In this document: positions 9,557-18,487 of the stretch, one piece after another
Position numbering within the stretch: position 1 is the stretch's first letter
Layout of the letters: every line of letters begins with the position of its first letter
From: a virus
Lineage: Duplodnaviria; Caudoviricetes
Length of the DNA: 62,141 bases
IMG/VR virus record: IMGVR_UViG_3300020057_000042
Span: 1-62,141 of that record
Direction: 5' to 3' (one strand)
Program-made: the position numbers and the translations under genes
The notes under the pieces: model-generated
What the model saw: the letters and a program-made list of their open reading frames with translations, nothing else
Told to the model about the DNA's origin: nothing
Databases searched by the model: none

Positions 9557-10314
9557 CTTCTGCCCAGTTTCCGTTTTCAGGTCCATACTCCGTTGGAGGT
9601 CTGGGCAATCATCGAGGACCGACAGCTCTCGCGCTGAAGCGAGCAATGAAGCGTGCCGGGATTGGGTTCACGGACACGAGCATGGATCAACTGGACGACC
9701 GCTTCAACTTGAAGCTGGAGAAAGCCCTGGACGCCTGGGATCCTGGTGCCAATGGCTACGGGCGCGAACGGTGGATTCAGATACGCAGCCTCAAGATCGC
9801 GAACGGACAGTACGCCCTCGATGCTTTCTCCCGCAAGCTCGTGGTCGATGAGATGTACGTTCCACCTCCAATCGTTCCAGCCTTGGGGCCGATCTCCCGA
9901 GGAGGACGAAGCATCCTTCAGCAGGATCTCACTCATGCCACGGACGGAATCCCTTTGTTCCCGGCTTTCGACGACGCTTTTTACGAAGGAGCCTCCGTCA
10001 TTGCCCCCGAAGACCTGAAAGTCACAAAGCAGTCTTCTTCTCGTCCGGGTGATGCGTTCTACGGTCAGGGTGTCTCGAAGATCCGGTACTGGTTCGGGCA
10101 TCTCAGGTACGCCCCGGCAACGGGAAGGTACTTCGCGAAGGGCACGGTGATGGGATATGTTGGGGCAAACAACATCGGGGGAGGGCCACATTGTCATTGC
10201 GGCATTAACGTCGAACTCCTTTGGGGATCAGGTCGGCAACTCGCGCACCATACGGACTACAGTCATGGCGCGGTGCTTGTCGGAGCGCAGTTGAAGGCGC
10301 ACGCCCAGTTATGA
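9550..10314 (+). CDS. Endolysin, M23-like peptidase
   Basis: YWFGHL, GTVMGYVG and GPHCHCG (HxH) motifs; first gene of the lysis block. Confidence 0.65.
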   Translation: MLTSAQFPFSGPYSVGGLGNHRGPTALALKRAMKRAGIGFTDTSMDQLDDRFNLKLEKALDAWDPGANGYGRERWIQIRSLKIANGQYALDAFSRKLVVDEMYVPPPIVPALGPISRGGRSILQQDLTHATDGIPLFPAFDDAFYEGASVIAPEDLKVTKQSSSRPGDAFYGQGVSKIRYWFGHLRYAPATGRYFAKGTVMGYVGANNIGGGPHCHCGINVELLWGSGRQLAHHTDYSHGAVLVGAQLKAHAQL

Positions 10315-10334
10315 ATGCGTCTCGGGTCGTATGA

Positions 10335-10562
10335 GTGCCGTCAAACCGACAGAGGGAGAAGAGATGGGCGTGGTGGGGGCAGATCCGCGACGTGGCGGCA
10401 GCGATCGCGGGCTTCGTCTTGTTAGGGACGGAGACATTCCGGGGAACATACAACCTGACGGCAATGGTGTTCGCGATGGTGTGTCTGGGGATCGTGAGTT
10501 CCGGGGTGCTGTCGAGGTGGTTGGTAGGCCGGTGGGACGACAGCAAGGACGAGAAGCCGTGA
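10335..10562 (+). CDS. Membrane protein (holin-like)
   Basis: Two hydrophobic segments, after the endolysin. Confidence 0.55.
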   Translation: MPSNRQREKRWAWWGQIRDVAAAIAGFVLLGTETFRGTYNLTAMVFAMVCLGIVSSGVLSRWLVGRWDDSKDEKP

Positions 10563-10669
10563 TAACGGATCGGCAACAGAGGATTCACTGGATGATGCTG
10601 CATCTCGCGGACCTGCTTGTGATCTTTCTGCTCGTCGGGATCATCTTCTGGATCGGGGGTGTTTTGTGA
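10559..10669 (+). CDS. Small single-TM protein
   Basis: GTGA overlap with the previous stop; LLVIFLLVGIIFWIGGVL. Confidence 0.5.
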   Translation: MITDRQQRIHWMMLHLADLLVIFLLVGIIFWIGGVL

Positions 10670-11181
10670 GCGAACGAGACAGGGAGCAGGCAGAAGCAGG
10701 CAGGGTCGTGGCTGAGGGCGAGCGCGAAAATGGCGAAACCCGCAGGCAGGACGCGAGGCACAAGATGTACCGGCGAGTCTCGACTCTCGTCGCGCTGCCG
10801 ATCGCGTTCATCGTTCTGGTTCCTTTGGCTGTGGGGATCTACTTCGTAAACAACCGGGCGGTGGATGCGGAGCGGAGCGCGAGGATCGTCGCTGCAACTG
10901 CCTCTCGGGTGATTCAGGAGCGAGCGTATGGGGCGCAGTTGAAATCGTGTGGGCGCGGCAACGTTCTCCGCCGACAAATGGGCGTCAACAACAGGGTGCT
11001 CCTCGATGTCGTCCTCACTGCTGCTGCCGCCTCGATGGAGAAATACAAGCAGTACCTTGCTTCCGGCGACACCGCCCAGGCGGACATCAACCTGGAGGCG
11101 TCCAAGGCGTATACGCAGTCCGCGAAAGCGCTGAAGAAGATCCCGCCCGTCGACTGTCTCTCAGTGATCCCCAAACCGTAG
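10666..11181 (+). CDS. Membrane-anchored helical protein of the lysis region
   Basis: One TM segment then a helical domain with two Cys. Confidence 0.55.
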   Translation: MSERDREQAEAGRVVAEGERENGETRRQDARHKMYRRVSTLVALPIAFIVLVPLAVGIYFVNNRAVDAERSARIVAATASRVIQERAYGAQLKSCGRGNVLRRQMGVNNRVLLDVVLTAAAASMEKYKQYLASGDTAQADINLEASKAYTQSAKALKKIPPVDCLSVIPKP

Positions 11182-11191
11182 GAAGGAAGCA

Positions 11192-11278
11192 ATGGTTCTA
11201 GCAGACGCATACGTAGGAGGGGGGCTGCTGTTCCTGATCCTCCTCGTCATCGTGATCGTTCTACTGGTACGGAGGTAA
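11192..11278 (+). CDS. 28-aa membrane peptide MVLADAYVGGGLLFLILLVIVIVLLVRR
   Basis: AGGAAGGA RBS, ATG..TAA; below the ORF-track cutoff. Confidence 0.55.
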   Translation: MVLADAYVGGGLLFLILLVIVIVLLVRR

Positions 11279-11281
11279 GAC

Positions 11282-11623
11282 ATGGGAGTTCTGAAAGCAC
11301 TTACAGCTATTGCTGTCTCGGGGATCGGTGCGCTCGTCCTCGCGCTCGGCACCGTTTCGAGCGGCAACATCGGTGACTTGTCCGGCCAAGCCTGGTTGGT
11401 CGCAGCACTCGCGGTTCTCGGCTCGGGCGGCATGGTCTGGCTCGTCGAGAACACCACGGCAGCCCCCGTCGCGAAAGCCGTGCTCGCGATCCTCACCGCA
11501 GGCATAGCCTCTCTCGTCGTAGCACTCGACGACGGCATCGTGTCGCAAACCGAGTTTCTGACCGCCGCCTCCGTTGCGATCATCGCATCCGGCTTCGTGT
11601 ACCAGGCACCGAAGGAACCTTGA
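11282..11623 (+). CDS. Holin-like 4-TM protein with internal duplication
   Basis: GGAGG RBS; two similar KA(L/V)..G..S..(W/F)L halves. Confidence 0.65.
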   Translation: MGVLKALTAIAVSGIGALVLALGTVSSGNIGDLSGQAWLVAALAVLGSGGMVWLVENTTAAPVAKAVLAILTAGIASLVVALDDGIVSQTEFLTAASVAIIASGFVYQAPKEP

Positions 11624-11647
11624 AAGATCGCCGGACCTCCGGCGTAA

Positions 11648-11689
11648 GAGGCACCCGCCATTTCCCCTCGGCGGGTGCCTCACTTTTTT
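11648..11689 (+). terminator. Intrinsic terminator at the convergence of the two transcription units
   Basis: GAGGCACCCGCC / GGCGGGTGCCTC stem followed by a T run. Confidence 0.8.
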
Positions 11690-12366
11690 CAGTAGCGAAC
11701 CGCGTTGCCCAGTCCGAATCGGGCACTCATCCAGTAAGCGTTCTTGCGGCCCCAGCAGTCGCTACACGCTGCATAGCCGTGGTAGTCGAAGGTGGATGAG
11801 GCAGAAGGCCAGCGTCCGCTCAGAAATGCTCCCATGAAATCGTAGACTTCGGCCCACGATTGGAAGTTCGGCACCCTCCAGCCTGCTCCACACGAGGACA
11901 GACCGAAGGCGTTGAAGCGGTTGGAGGAACATGCTGCTGCTCCGAACGATGATTCCGTTCCAGCGATGGCAGCGATGAACGCAGGATGGATGCCGTGCCT
12001 ACGTCCTGCTGCTTCTAGCTCCCTTCCCGTGCTCGCCATCGGTGTTCCTGAGAGGCCACGGTTCAGGAGGGCGATCATCTCGCTGTGAGCGTGGAGGGCA
12101 ACGAGGCATTGGGCTTGCCGCTTCGTCCACGTCTTCAGCACCCACTTGCGGTAACGGTGAGACTTGGGGAGTGCCCACGGCGTCACTGACGAGCGCGTGC
12201 GGGCCACGGAACGCTGATCCTGGCACTTCCATAGCCCCTTCTGGGTTTCGGCTATGAGGGCCGTCAGCGTGGGCTTGGCCGCTCGGGAGGTTTGGACGAC
12301 AGACAGGGCGAGAACGACGGTGAACGTAACGACGATGGTGAGTGCAATGGTTCGGGATGACCTCAC
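11689..12366 (-). CDS. Secreted/anchored lysozyme-fold (glucosaminidase-like) cell-wall hydrolase
   Basis: N-terminal TM/signal; GIHPAFIAAIAGTESSFG and NAFGL motifs; AGGAG RBS before GTG 12366. Confidence 0.65.
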   Translation of the reverse strand: MRSSRTIALTIVVTFTVVLALSVVQTSRAAKPTLTALIAETQKGLWKCQDQRSVARTRSSVTPWALPKSHRYRKWVLKTWTKRQAQCLVALHAHSEMIALLNRGLSGTPMASTGRELEAAGRRHGIHPAFIAAIAGTESSFGAAACSSNRFNAFGLSSCGAGWRVPNFQSWAEVYDFMGAFLSGRWPSASSTFDYHGYAACSDCWGRKNAYWMSARFGLGNAVRY

Positions 12367-12458
12367 GGTCGCTCCTAACGCTTGCTGACAGGCCGACATC
12401 CCCACGCTCAAAGCTGGTGGGGAGTCTGGTTGTTCTGTTGGATGAAAGGCTACCGCGT

Positions 12459-12677
12459 TTAGCGGTCGCCGTCTACCTTTTCGGAGTCGCTGGTCGAGCC
12501 ACCACACCGGGGGCATCTCGCCACCAGTCTCTGTGTGTCGGTTCGTTTGGTGCGTACCGGCAGCACGGCTGGCCCCTGTTCTTCCGCGAACGCTTCCATC
12601 ACGATACGTCGTTGGCGGTACAGGTCGCCGAGTTGCTGGTCGATTTCGGCGATACGGGCGCGGTAGTCGATACTCAA
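12459..12677 (-). CDS. Hypothetical protein (CxxC)
   Basis: Coupled ORF in the minus-strand operon. Confidence 0.45.
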   Translation of the reverse strand: MSIDYRARIAEIDQQLGDLYRQRRIVMEAFAEEQGPAVLPVRTKRTDTQRLVARCPRCGGSTSDSEKVDGDR

Positions 12678-12859
12678 TTCTGTCCTTTGGGCAGCGCCGC
12701 TGTCACATGATCGGTGACTTCGCGGCAACGGTAGAACATCCACTGTTCGTTCGAGGGGATGGCCTTGTAGTCCCAGCGGTCCATGATCGCACCACACTCG
12801 CAGACGGCGGTGCCTTCGACCATCCGGGGAATTACAGGCTGAGGCGGCGTTTCAGCCAT
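12674..12859 (-). CDS. Hypothetical Zn-binding protein
   Basis: CECG...C..H; overlapping operon layout. Confidence 0.45.
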   Translation of the reverse strand: MAETPPQPVIPRMVEGTAVCECGAIMDRWDYKAIPSNEQWMFYRCREVTDHVTAALPKGQN

Positions 12860-13191
12860 TCCGCTCCCACGTCTTCGCCCATTGACTTCTTGATGTGCGC
12901 GATGATGTCGGGCCGATGCGCTGCGATGTGCTGGCCGAGCAGTTTGCGCACGTCCTTGTTCTCGGCGTGGATCATCAGATGGCAGTCGGAGCACAACATG
13001 ACGAGGTTCTCCGGCACGTCCGAACCTCCTTGCGAGCGGAAGCGAACGTGGTGGAGTTCGACGTTCCGGCTGCCGCAGATGACGCACAAGCCGCCTTTTG
13101 CGTGCAACGACTTCATCGTCCCTTTGTCCTTCTTCGCCTTCGGGTTCTTGAAGTCGGGTTCGTATGTTCTCTTACCGCCAGCGGTACTCAT
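12832..13191 (-). CDS. HNH endonuclease
   Basis: CVICG..ELHHVRFRSQGG..ENLVMLCSDCH. Confidence 0.85.
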   Translation of the reverse strand: MSTAGGKRTYEPDFKNPKAKKDKGTMKSLHAKGGLCVICGSRNVELHHVRFRSQGGSDVPENLVMLCSDCHLMIHAENKDVRKLLGQHIAAHRPDIIAHIKKSMGEDVGAEWLKRRLSL

Positions 13192-13799
13192 CGCAACACC
13201 TTTACGAACTTGTGCTTTGCGAACTTTCCAATCATCTCTGCTCCAAGGTCGATCATCTGGGCGTGGGTTCTCGTTTTCGTTGAGAGTCGAGCGGTGAGAA
13301 CACCGTTCTTGACGTAAGTGGGAGTTGCCACGGTCAAACCACGGTACTCCCAGCCGCAGGCTTTGTAGATTGCCCCTGTGTGCCCCTGCCACTCATCCGC
13401 GTAAGTCACAAGCACATCCCACCTTCCGTCTCTGGCGATTCTCTTGACGCTCTGGGAGAGCAAGAATGAAGCTCCGTTTGTCGGGACTTCAGGCTCAATG
13501 ACAAGTCGCGAAAGAGCGAGCACCCTCCTCCATTCTCCATCGGTGCTTGCCTTAGCCGCCCGATTGGTCGGTGGCATCCACATGGCGCACCCTGATATGT
13601 AGAGCGGGAAGTCCTCGTTGCGAAATAGTCCATGCCGGAAGACAGCAGTATGGGATGATCCTCGTGAGTAATGGAGGCGAGCAACAATCTCTTTTGCTTG
13701 ATGCATAGTGACATCATCAACCATCCACTCCGACTTCCTTAGCCCGTTTTGGGGCTTGTGCCTCACGTCAAGATCCTGTCTACGGTTCCGTCTCGCCAT
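13188..13799 (-). CDS. Mom-family (GNAT-fold) DNA adenine-modification protein
   Basis: LHYS, LSRLVI..PTNGASFLLSQS and VTYAD..QGHTGAIYKACGW motifs like Mu Mom homologues. Confidence 0.75.
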   Translation of the reverse strand: MARRNRRQDLDVRHKPQNGLRKSEWMVDDVTMHQAKEIVARLHYSRGSSHTAVFRHGLFRNEDFPLYISGCAMWMPPTNRAAKASTDGEWRRVLALSRLVIEPEVPTNGASFLLSQSVKRIARDGRWDVLVTYADEWQGHTGAIYKACGWEYRGLTVATPTYVKNGVLTARLSTKTRTHAQMIDLGAEMIGKFAKHKFVKVLR

Positions 13800-14089
13800 T
13801 CCTTCGGACGGATGACGTGATATTCGATCCCGGCTCGCAGGAGCGCATCACCCCACTTCACTTGATCGGGTCTGAGTGAGTCGCTGTCTCCCTTGATCTC
13901 AAAGGCAACGGCTCGCTCACGCAGAAGGAACACATCTACCCACCCCTTCGCATCTCCGGCGAGCGGTGTGCGCCACCCCTGTTTCGTCTCGACGGAAGGG
14001 AAGTGGAGGCACAACCATCCTTGCCTTTGCGCCTGCTGTATCAGCGCCTTCTGCAACTGCTTGCCGTTGAGCCTAAGAGGGGAAGCCAT
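13763..14089 (-). CDS. VRR-NUC domain nuclease (resolvase-like)
   Basis: GWVDV..FEIK..LRPDQVKW PD-(D/E)xK pattern. Confidence 0.8.
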   Translation of the reverse strand: MASPLRLNGKQLQKALIQQAQRQGWLCLHFPSVETKQGWRTPLAGDAKGWVDVFLLRERAVAFEIKGDSDSLRPDQVKWGDALLRAGIEYHVIRPKEWRDGTVDRILT

Positions 14090-14327
14090 GAGACGTGAGC
14101 CACGCATTCCTTTTGCGCAGGTAGAGGTGACGGAAGCGTTCGGAGCAGACATGGGCGAGACGGTCGTTCGCCACGTCCTCCGCTCCTTTGAGTTTCACGT
14201 CGAGCGCCCACGAGATTTTCGTCATCGTGATCCCCACTCGAAGCCAGAAGTCAACGAAATCTTCTCCCTCTTGGGGTTGCACATGCAGCCACCAGGGGGC
14301 ACGAGGCTTGGGCATAACAGAGTTCAT
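14073..14327 (-). CDS. Hypothetical protein
   Basis: AGGAG RBS; coupled ORF. Confidence 0.5.
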   Translation of the reverse strand: MNSVMPKPRAPWWLHVQPQEGEDFVDFWLRVGITMTKISWALDVKLKGAEDVANDRLAHVCSERFRHLYLRKRNAWLTSHGFPS

Positions 14328-14902
14328 TCGGTTTCTCCTATCGCGTGTTGAAGTCGCATGAACGAGTCACGGGATACCAGGAAGTCTTGCCCATACTCTT
14401 TGGCTCCTTGCACGAGAGCGCGGGCGACTGCGGCTAGATCGTCGGATGCGACGGGGGGCAGCACGGAAGGCCCGTGCATTTCGTCTCGCAACTGCTGTCG
14501 CGTCCAGTTGTTCTTCTCCACGAGCTTCAGCCACTTGTCCTGCTGCTTGGGTTCCAGGGCAGCCACTTCGGCGTGGACGTGGAACGGCACGGCTTCGCGT
14601 CGAACGCTGGGAGGCACACGGTTGCAGACGCTTTCGAGGTTCGAGACGGTGGAGTCGGCCAGTCCGGTTGCTTCGGCCAACTGCGCATACGCTTCCCCGT
14701 GCTCTCGTTTCGCGTACAGAAGCAGATCCCCGATCAGGAACGAGGTGGTGCGTTTCAACCCTCCGAACATCGCTGCCAGAGACTCGCACTTGTCGTAGGA
14801 GACGCCTTCGGGGAGAGTCAGGGAGACGGGTGTGATCGCACCGGCTGTCTCCAGATCAAGCCAGAGTTTTGCTCCCTGCTGACGACGCTCGACGGCACTC
14901 AC
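14324..14902 (-). CDS. LmbU-family DNA-binding regulator
   Basis: IGDLLLY..YAQLAEATGL..T..N..V..VRR..PFHVHAEVAAL..QDKWL..WTRQQLR. Confidence 0.7.
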   Translation of the reverse strand: MSAVERRQQGAKLWLDLETAGAITPVSLTLPEGVSYDKCESLAAMFGGLKRTTSFLIGDLLLYAKREHGEAYAQLAEATGLADSTVSNLESVCNRVPPSVRREAVPFHVHAEVAALEPKQQDKWLKLVEKNNWTRQQLRDEMHGPSVLPPVASDDLAAVARALVQGAKEYGQDFLVSRDSFMRLQHAIGETE

Positions 14903-14975
14903 CGAGCCACCACGCTACGAAGCGCACGCAGATGAGCGCAGTCACCACGAGCGAGGCAGGTGCAGCGCCATTGCT

Positions 14976-15179
14976 TCACCTGGATGTCGTACCCTCGGGT
15001 TCATTTCGCATCGAAAATGCAACCTTGAGGCTGAGTGTGTCACCTGCATACAGCTGATAGACGGTTCCATCCGGATCCTTTATCACGACAACGGACCTGC
15101 CTAACCACGACCGCTTGATCCGGATAATTTCGAGGTCAACACCCTCGATACAGATTTTTACGTTCTTATATAACGCCAT
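14976..15179 (-). CDS. Hypothetical protein (lower GC)
   Basis: GAGGAG RBS, ATG. Confidence 0.5.
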   Translation of the reverse strand: MALYKNVKICIEGVDLEIIRIKRSWLGRSVVVIKDPDGTVYQLYAGDTLSLKVAFSMRNEPEGTTSR

Positions 15180-15197
15180 AGTGACTCTCCTCTAATT

Positions 15198-15642
15198 AGG
15201 AACGACGTGCCGGGAGTCTCTGCTGCCTTCCGTATCCCTGCTGACGACGCTCGATGACGCTCGATGACGCTCACCTGACGACCAACATTCTCAACGCTGT
15301 CAGGTGCGAACACTGTCCTTTGCGTTCCTCGCATTGGCAGCGCCACTGCTTTTTGGCGACATCCCAGCCGAGGTAATAAACACCTTCGGTCCCCCGACAT
15401 TGGGCTACCACAAGTCCTCCGTGCTGGTCGACACGTTCGATCGTGAGTCGGCCTTCCCGTAGGTAGCGGAAGGCTTTCTCCTGAACAGACTCACGAGGCA
15501 CGAGGCTATGACAGGACGACAGTCTTAACGGTTTTGACCGAGACAGTTACGGGCGAGAACGAGCGTGTCGGGATGGCGACGAGCGTCACTGATCCTTCGG
15601 GATCGAGGAACGACGTGCCGGGAGTCTCCGCTGCCTTCCGTA
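15198..15642. repeat. 37-bp direct repeat (15198-15234 and 15606-15642, 1 mismatch)
   Basis: AGGAACGACGTGCCGGGAGTCTCYGCTGCCTTCCGTA. Confidence 0.9.
15271..15501 (-). CDS. SWIM zinc-finger protein
   Basis: WRCQC..GQCSHL (CxC-xn-CxH). Confidence 0.7.
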   Translation of the reverse strand: MPRESVQEKAFRYLREGRLTIERVDQHGGLVVAQCRGTEGVYYLGWDVAKKQWRCQCEERKGQCSHLTALRMLVVR

Positions 15643-15871
15643 CTGCCTGCTGTGCGGAGGTGGCCTCGACGTTCGCGACGAACTCGTACCAGTCCGCCCT
15701 CTCCTCTTCCTGCGAGGGGACGCGGCGCAGCACGACGTACTCGCGATCGTTGTCCTTCGCCTCCGGTGCGGGAGGGTTGGCCGAGGTTGTCTGCCAGGGC
15801 TGGATTGTCTCCGGGTTCCCTGACAGTGGGCGTCCGATCGGTGCTTCCGTCACTTCGGGTGCAACAGTCAT
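15506..15871 (-). CDS. Hypothetical protein
   Basis: Coupled ORF. Confidence 0.55.
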   Translation of the reverse strand: MTVAPEVTEAPIGRPLSGNPETIQPWQTTSANPPAPEAKDNDREYVVLRRVPSQEEERADWYEFVANVEATSAQQAVRKAAETPGTSFLDPEGSVTLVAIPTRSFSPVTVSVKTVKTVVLS

Positions 15872-16263
15872 ACTGCCTTCTTCCTCGGGCGTCTCCCGAT
15901 TGGTTGTGGTTCGATCTGAAAGTTCAGAGCGATCTTCTCCAAGACAACTCCACGGAGGGTGCCGCCTCTCCTTGCTGCGTCGGCGGTGATCGCCCGGTGG
16001 AGTTTTGCTCCACCCCTGACGAGCAGCGTCGAAGGATCAGCCGTCCTGTACCGAGGTGCCCCCTCGTGTCCGCGCAGCCCGTTGACCGGCTCGACGTACT
16101 TGACCTTGAATGCTGTCGCGAGGATCTGGACGGCCACCTTGTTGATCGAGCAGTCACGAGCCTTCGCCTCACTGACGAGTGCCTTCCTAATCTCGGAGGG
16201 CACGTCGGTGACGAGAAGGTCTTTGCGGGCGCTCTTGGTTTTGTGGTTGGGATCTCTTGCCAT
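15868..16263 (-). CDS. Tandem ribbon-helix-helix regulator
   Basis: LLVTDVPSEIRKALVSEAKARDCSINKV plus a second similar unit; promoter immediately upstream. Confidence 0.65.
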   Translation of the reverse strand: MARDPNHKTKSARKDLLVTDVPSEIRKALVSEAKARDCSINKVAVQILATAFKVKYVEPVNGLRGHEGAPRYRTADPSTLLVRGGAKLHRAITADAARRGGTLRGVVLEKIALNFQIEPQPIGRRPRKKAV

Positions 16264-16271
16264 GAAGTCTA

Positions 16272-16301
16272 GTTATATCACCGTTAGGGCACGGGACGCA
16301 A
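16272..16301 (-). promoter_or_regulatory. Sigma70-type promoter TTGCGT-N18-TATAAC with ACGGTGA before the -10
   Basis: Read on the minus strand; about 8 nt before ATG 16263. Confidence 0.6.
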
Positions 16302-16460
16302 GTGCGCGTAGCTGTTCCTCGACATCGTCTAGCAAGCGATCTCTCTGAACGCGATCATCGTTCCTGATCGCTTTCCCCATTGCCCTAAATTCGCGCAACA
16401 GGATCTCGTCCCGCTCGACTTGCGAGGTCGCGGCCTCCAGTTTGTCCAGCCACATCTGGC

Positions 16461-16664
16461 TCATCGTTTTCCTCTCTTCGGCGGTAACGGAAACAGCGTC
16501 TCGTCTTGTATTCGCAAAGCACGTTGCGCTTTCGTCTCCTCGACCTGCTTGCCGGGATAGTCGTATTTGTAGGTGCAGTCTCCGCAATGCCACCTGCCTT
16601 CGATCACGGTGCGTGCACCGCTGATCGGCTTCTTGCACGCCGCGCAGACAACCTTGTCACTCAT
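16461..16664 (-). CDS. Small Zn-finger protein
   Basis: CAACK...HCGDC. Confidence 0.5.
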   Translation of the reverse strand: MSDKVVCAACKKPISGARTVIEGRWHCGDCTYKYDYPGKQVEETKAQRALRIQDETLFPLPPKRGKR

Positions 16665-17110
16665 ACGCTGATCGCCTGGAACACCTGATCGATCGACAGC
16701 GATGCCCCTTCCTCCATGTAGCGTTTCTGATCTTCCGCAGGCATCACGTCCTGGGACATGGCGAACACATCCTGTTGCGGCCAGATGCGGAAGTCCCCGT
16801 AGCGGGCGCGAGACAAACACCATCCTTTCACCCAATCTGGACAGCGAGTCGTTTTCGGCAGTTCGCGGCGTTGCATCGGCTCGTCTGTCTCCGACAGCCG
16901 ACGTTCGATTTTGATGAACTCCAGAAGCTCGGCAACCGAAGGGCGATAGCGTAGTTCCTTCTGTGCTCGCAAAACAGCGTCCGTTGCCTGTTGGGCGTCA
17001 CAACCTTCGATAGCACGAGCATACGAGTCAAGCTGCGCTGCATCCCAGTCTTTACCGGGCCATGCGGCACAGACCATCGCGACAATCGTGATCGAGTCAT
17101 CTCGGGTCAT
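16661..17110 (-). CDS. Replicative helicase loader/inhibitor (G39P-like)
   Basis: MTRDD..IVAMVCAAWP...YRPSVAELLE pattern. Confidence 0.6.
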   Translation of the reverse strand: MTRDDSITIVAMVCAAWPGKDWDAAQLDSYARAIEGCDAQQATDAVLRAQKELRYRPSVAELLEFIKIERRLSETDEPMQRRELPKTTRCPDWVKGWCLSRARYGDFRIWPQQDVFAMSQDVMPAEDQKRYMEEGASLSIDQVFQAISV

Positions 17111-17496
17111 CAGTGAGGCCACGCATATCCATCGAAGGAGGGGATCGGAAGCATCTCCCCTTTTCGCTGCCAGTGATTCTTGATCCCGACGATGACACGA
17201 CCAAACGTGAGTGAGTGATAGAGAGGGTCTTCCTCCCAATGATCTTCAAGGTCTTGTCGGACTCCGTGAAAGACGAACCCGCCACAAACCTCGGTGAGCC
17301 ATCCTCGGGCGGCAATGCAGTGGGCGCACGTCTTGCACGACCACCAGTCTCCATCCGTCTTGCCGTCGAAGCGCTCGTATGTTTCACCGACCGCAATCTC
17401 CCGCCTGCACTCATCGCATGTGTGGGTCATCTTCGCTCTGCGTTTTTTCGATGAGTAGACGGATGGGAACTCGTCACACTGGTCAATCATGCACAT
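17110..17496 (-). CDS. Zn-binding hypothetical protein
   Basis: HTCDEC...KTCAHC. Confidence 0.55.
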   Translation of the reverse strand: MCMIDQCDEFPSVYSSKKRRAKMTHTCDECRREIAVGETYERFDGKTDGDWWSCKTCAHCIAARGWLTEVCGGFVFHGVRQDLEDHWEEDPLYHSLTFGRVIVGIKNHWQRKGEMLPIPSFDGYAWPH

Positions 17497-17783
17497 CACT
17501 CCACCATCCTTAGTTTGGCGATCTCCGCTTGCTGTGGACTCATCTGCGGTCCCTGCTTCTGACTGACGCTGAACCACTTCGGAATACTCATCACCGAAGG
17601 ATTGTCGAAACGCTGGAGGACGTAAGCGCATGTCTTCTCCACTTCCTCGGGTGTTGCTCCTGCCTCCATCAACTCACGAACCACCTTTCCGAACATACTC
17701 CGTTCTGTTTTCGTGCGTGGCTCACCGAAGGATGCTGCGAGGAGATCCCAGGCGTCGTCTGCTGGTGTTCTATTTCTGGGCAC
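17496..17783 (-). CDS. Hypothetical protein, possibly a replication-initiator C-terminal-like domain
   Basis: GGAGG RBS; helical; near the loader gene. Confidence 0.35.
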   Translation of the reverse strand: MPRNRTPADDAWDLLAASFGEPRTKTERSMFGKVVRELMEAGATPEEVEKTCAYVLQRFDNPSVMSIPKWFSVSQKQGPQMSPQQAEIAKLRMVE

Positions 17784-18258
17784 GGAGCCTCCGACTTCTC
17801 GCCCGTTTTGCTTCTCGGTGTTTGGCTTTGCGCTCCTCCGATTTGTCGCACGTCAGACATTTTCGGCGATTTGCGCCAGGGGCGATGTAAGTGTTTTCCG
17901 GCGTGTATTCATGCCCGTGAATGCAGTGGGTTTTGCGGGCGTTGATGGCTGCAAAACCAGTACCTCTAAGTAAGTTCTCCCTCCCTGTTACTGGCTCTAG
18001 GTGATCTGGGTTTACGCAACCTCGGTTTCGACATAGATGATCGAGTTGCAATCCATCAGGTATTTCCCCTACCGCCGCCTCGTAGATGTAGCGATGGGCA
18101 ACCCAACTCCTACCATCAATCCAGAAAGTGGCATACCCACCTATGTTTATGTGCGAAGTCCATTCCCAGCACTGTTTGCCCTTTTGCACTTTCACCATAA
18201 ACCTTGCCATGATTTCCGGCGTGAAATGTTCTGGCTTGTGCTTCCAGTAGGGTTTCAT
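17770..18258 (-). CDS. HNH homing endonuclease
   Basis: [34 protein letters not shown]. Confidence 0.9.
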   Translation of the reverse strand: MKPYWKHKPEHFTPEIMARFMVKVQKGKQCWEWTSHINIGGYATFWIDGRSWVAHRYIYEAAVGEIPDGLQLDHLCRNRGCVNPDHLEPVTGRENLLRGTGFAAINARKTHCIHGHEYTPENTYIAPGANRRKCLTCDKSEERKAKHREAKRARSRRLRAQK

Positions 18259-18487
18259 AGGCCGTACTCGAAAAGCCTGTGCAGCCTGAACGGATCGTCC
18301 TCACACGCACACGGGTTCGGCTGCTTGTTGCCGAAGTGCTTGATCGGTGACACCTTCCACCTGATACCGGGCAGCCCGATCGGTTCGGTTTGGTCGAGGT
18401 AGGTTGCGACGGCTTGGGGCATCATCACGGAGGGGCAGCAGACACCTACCTTGCCGTTGTGTCGGGCGTAGACGTGAACGAGGGGCG

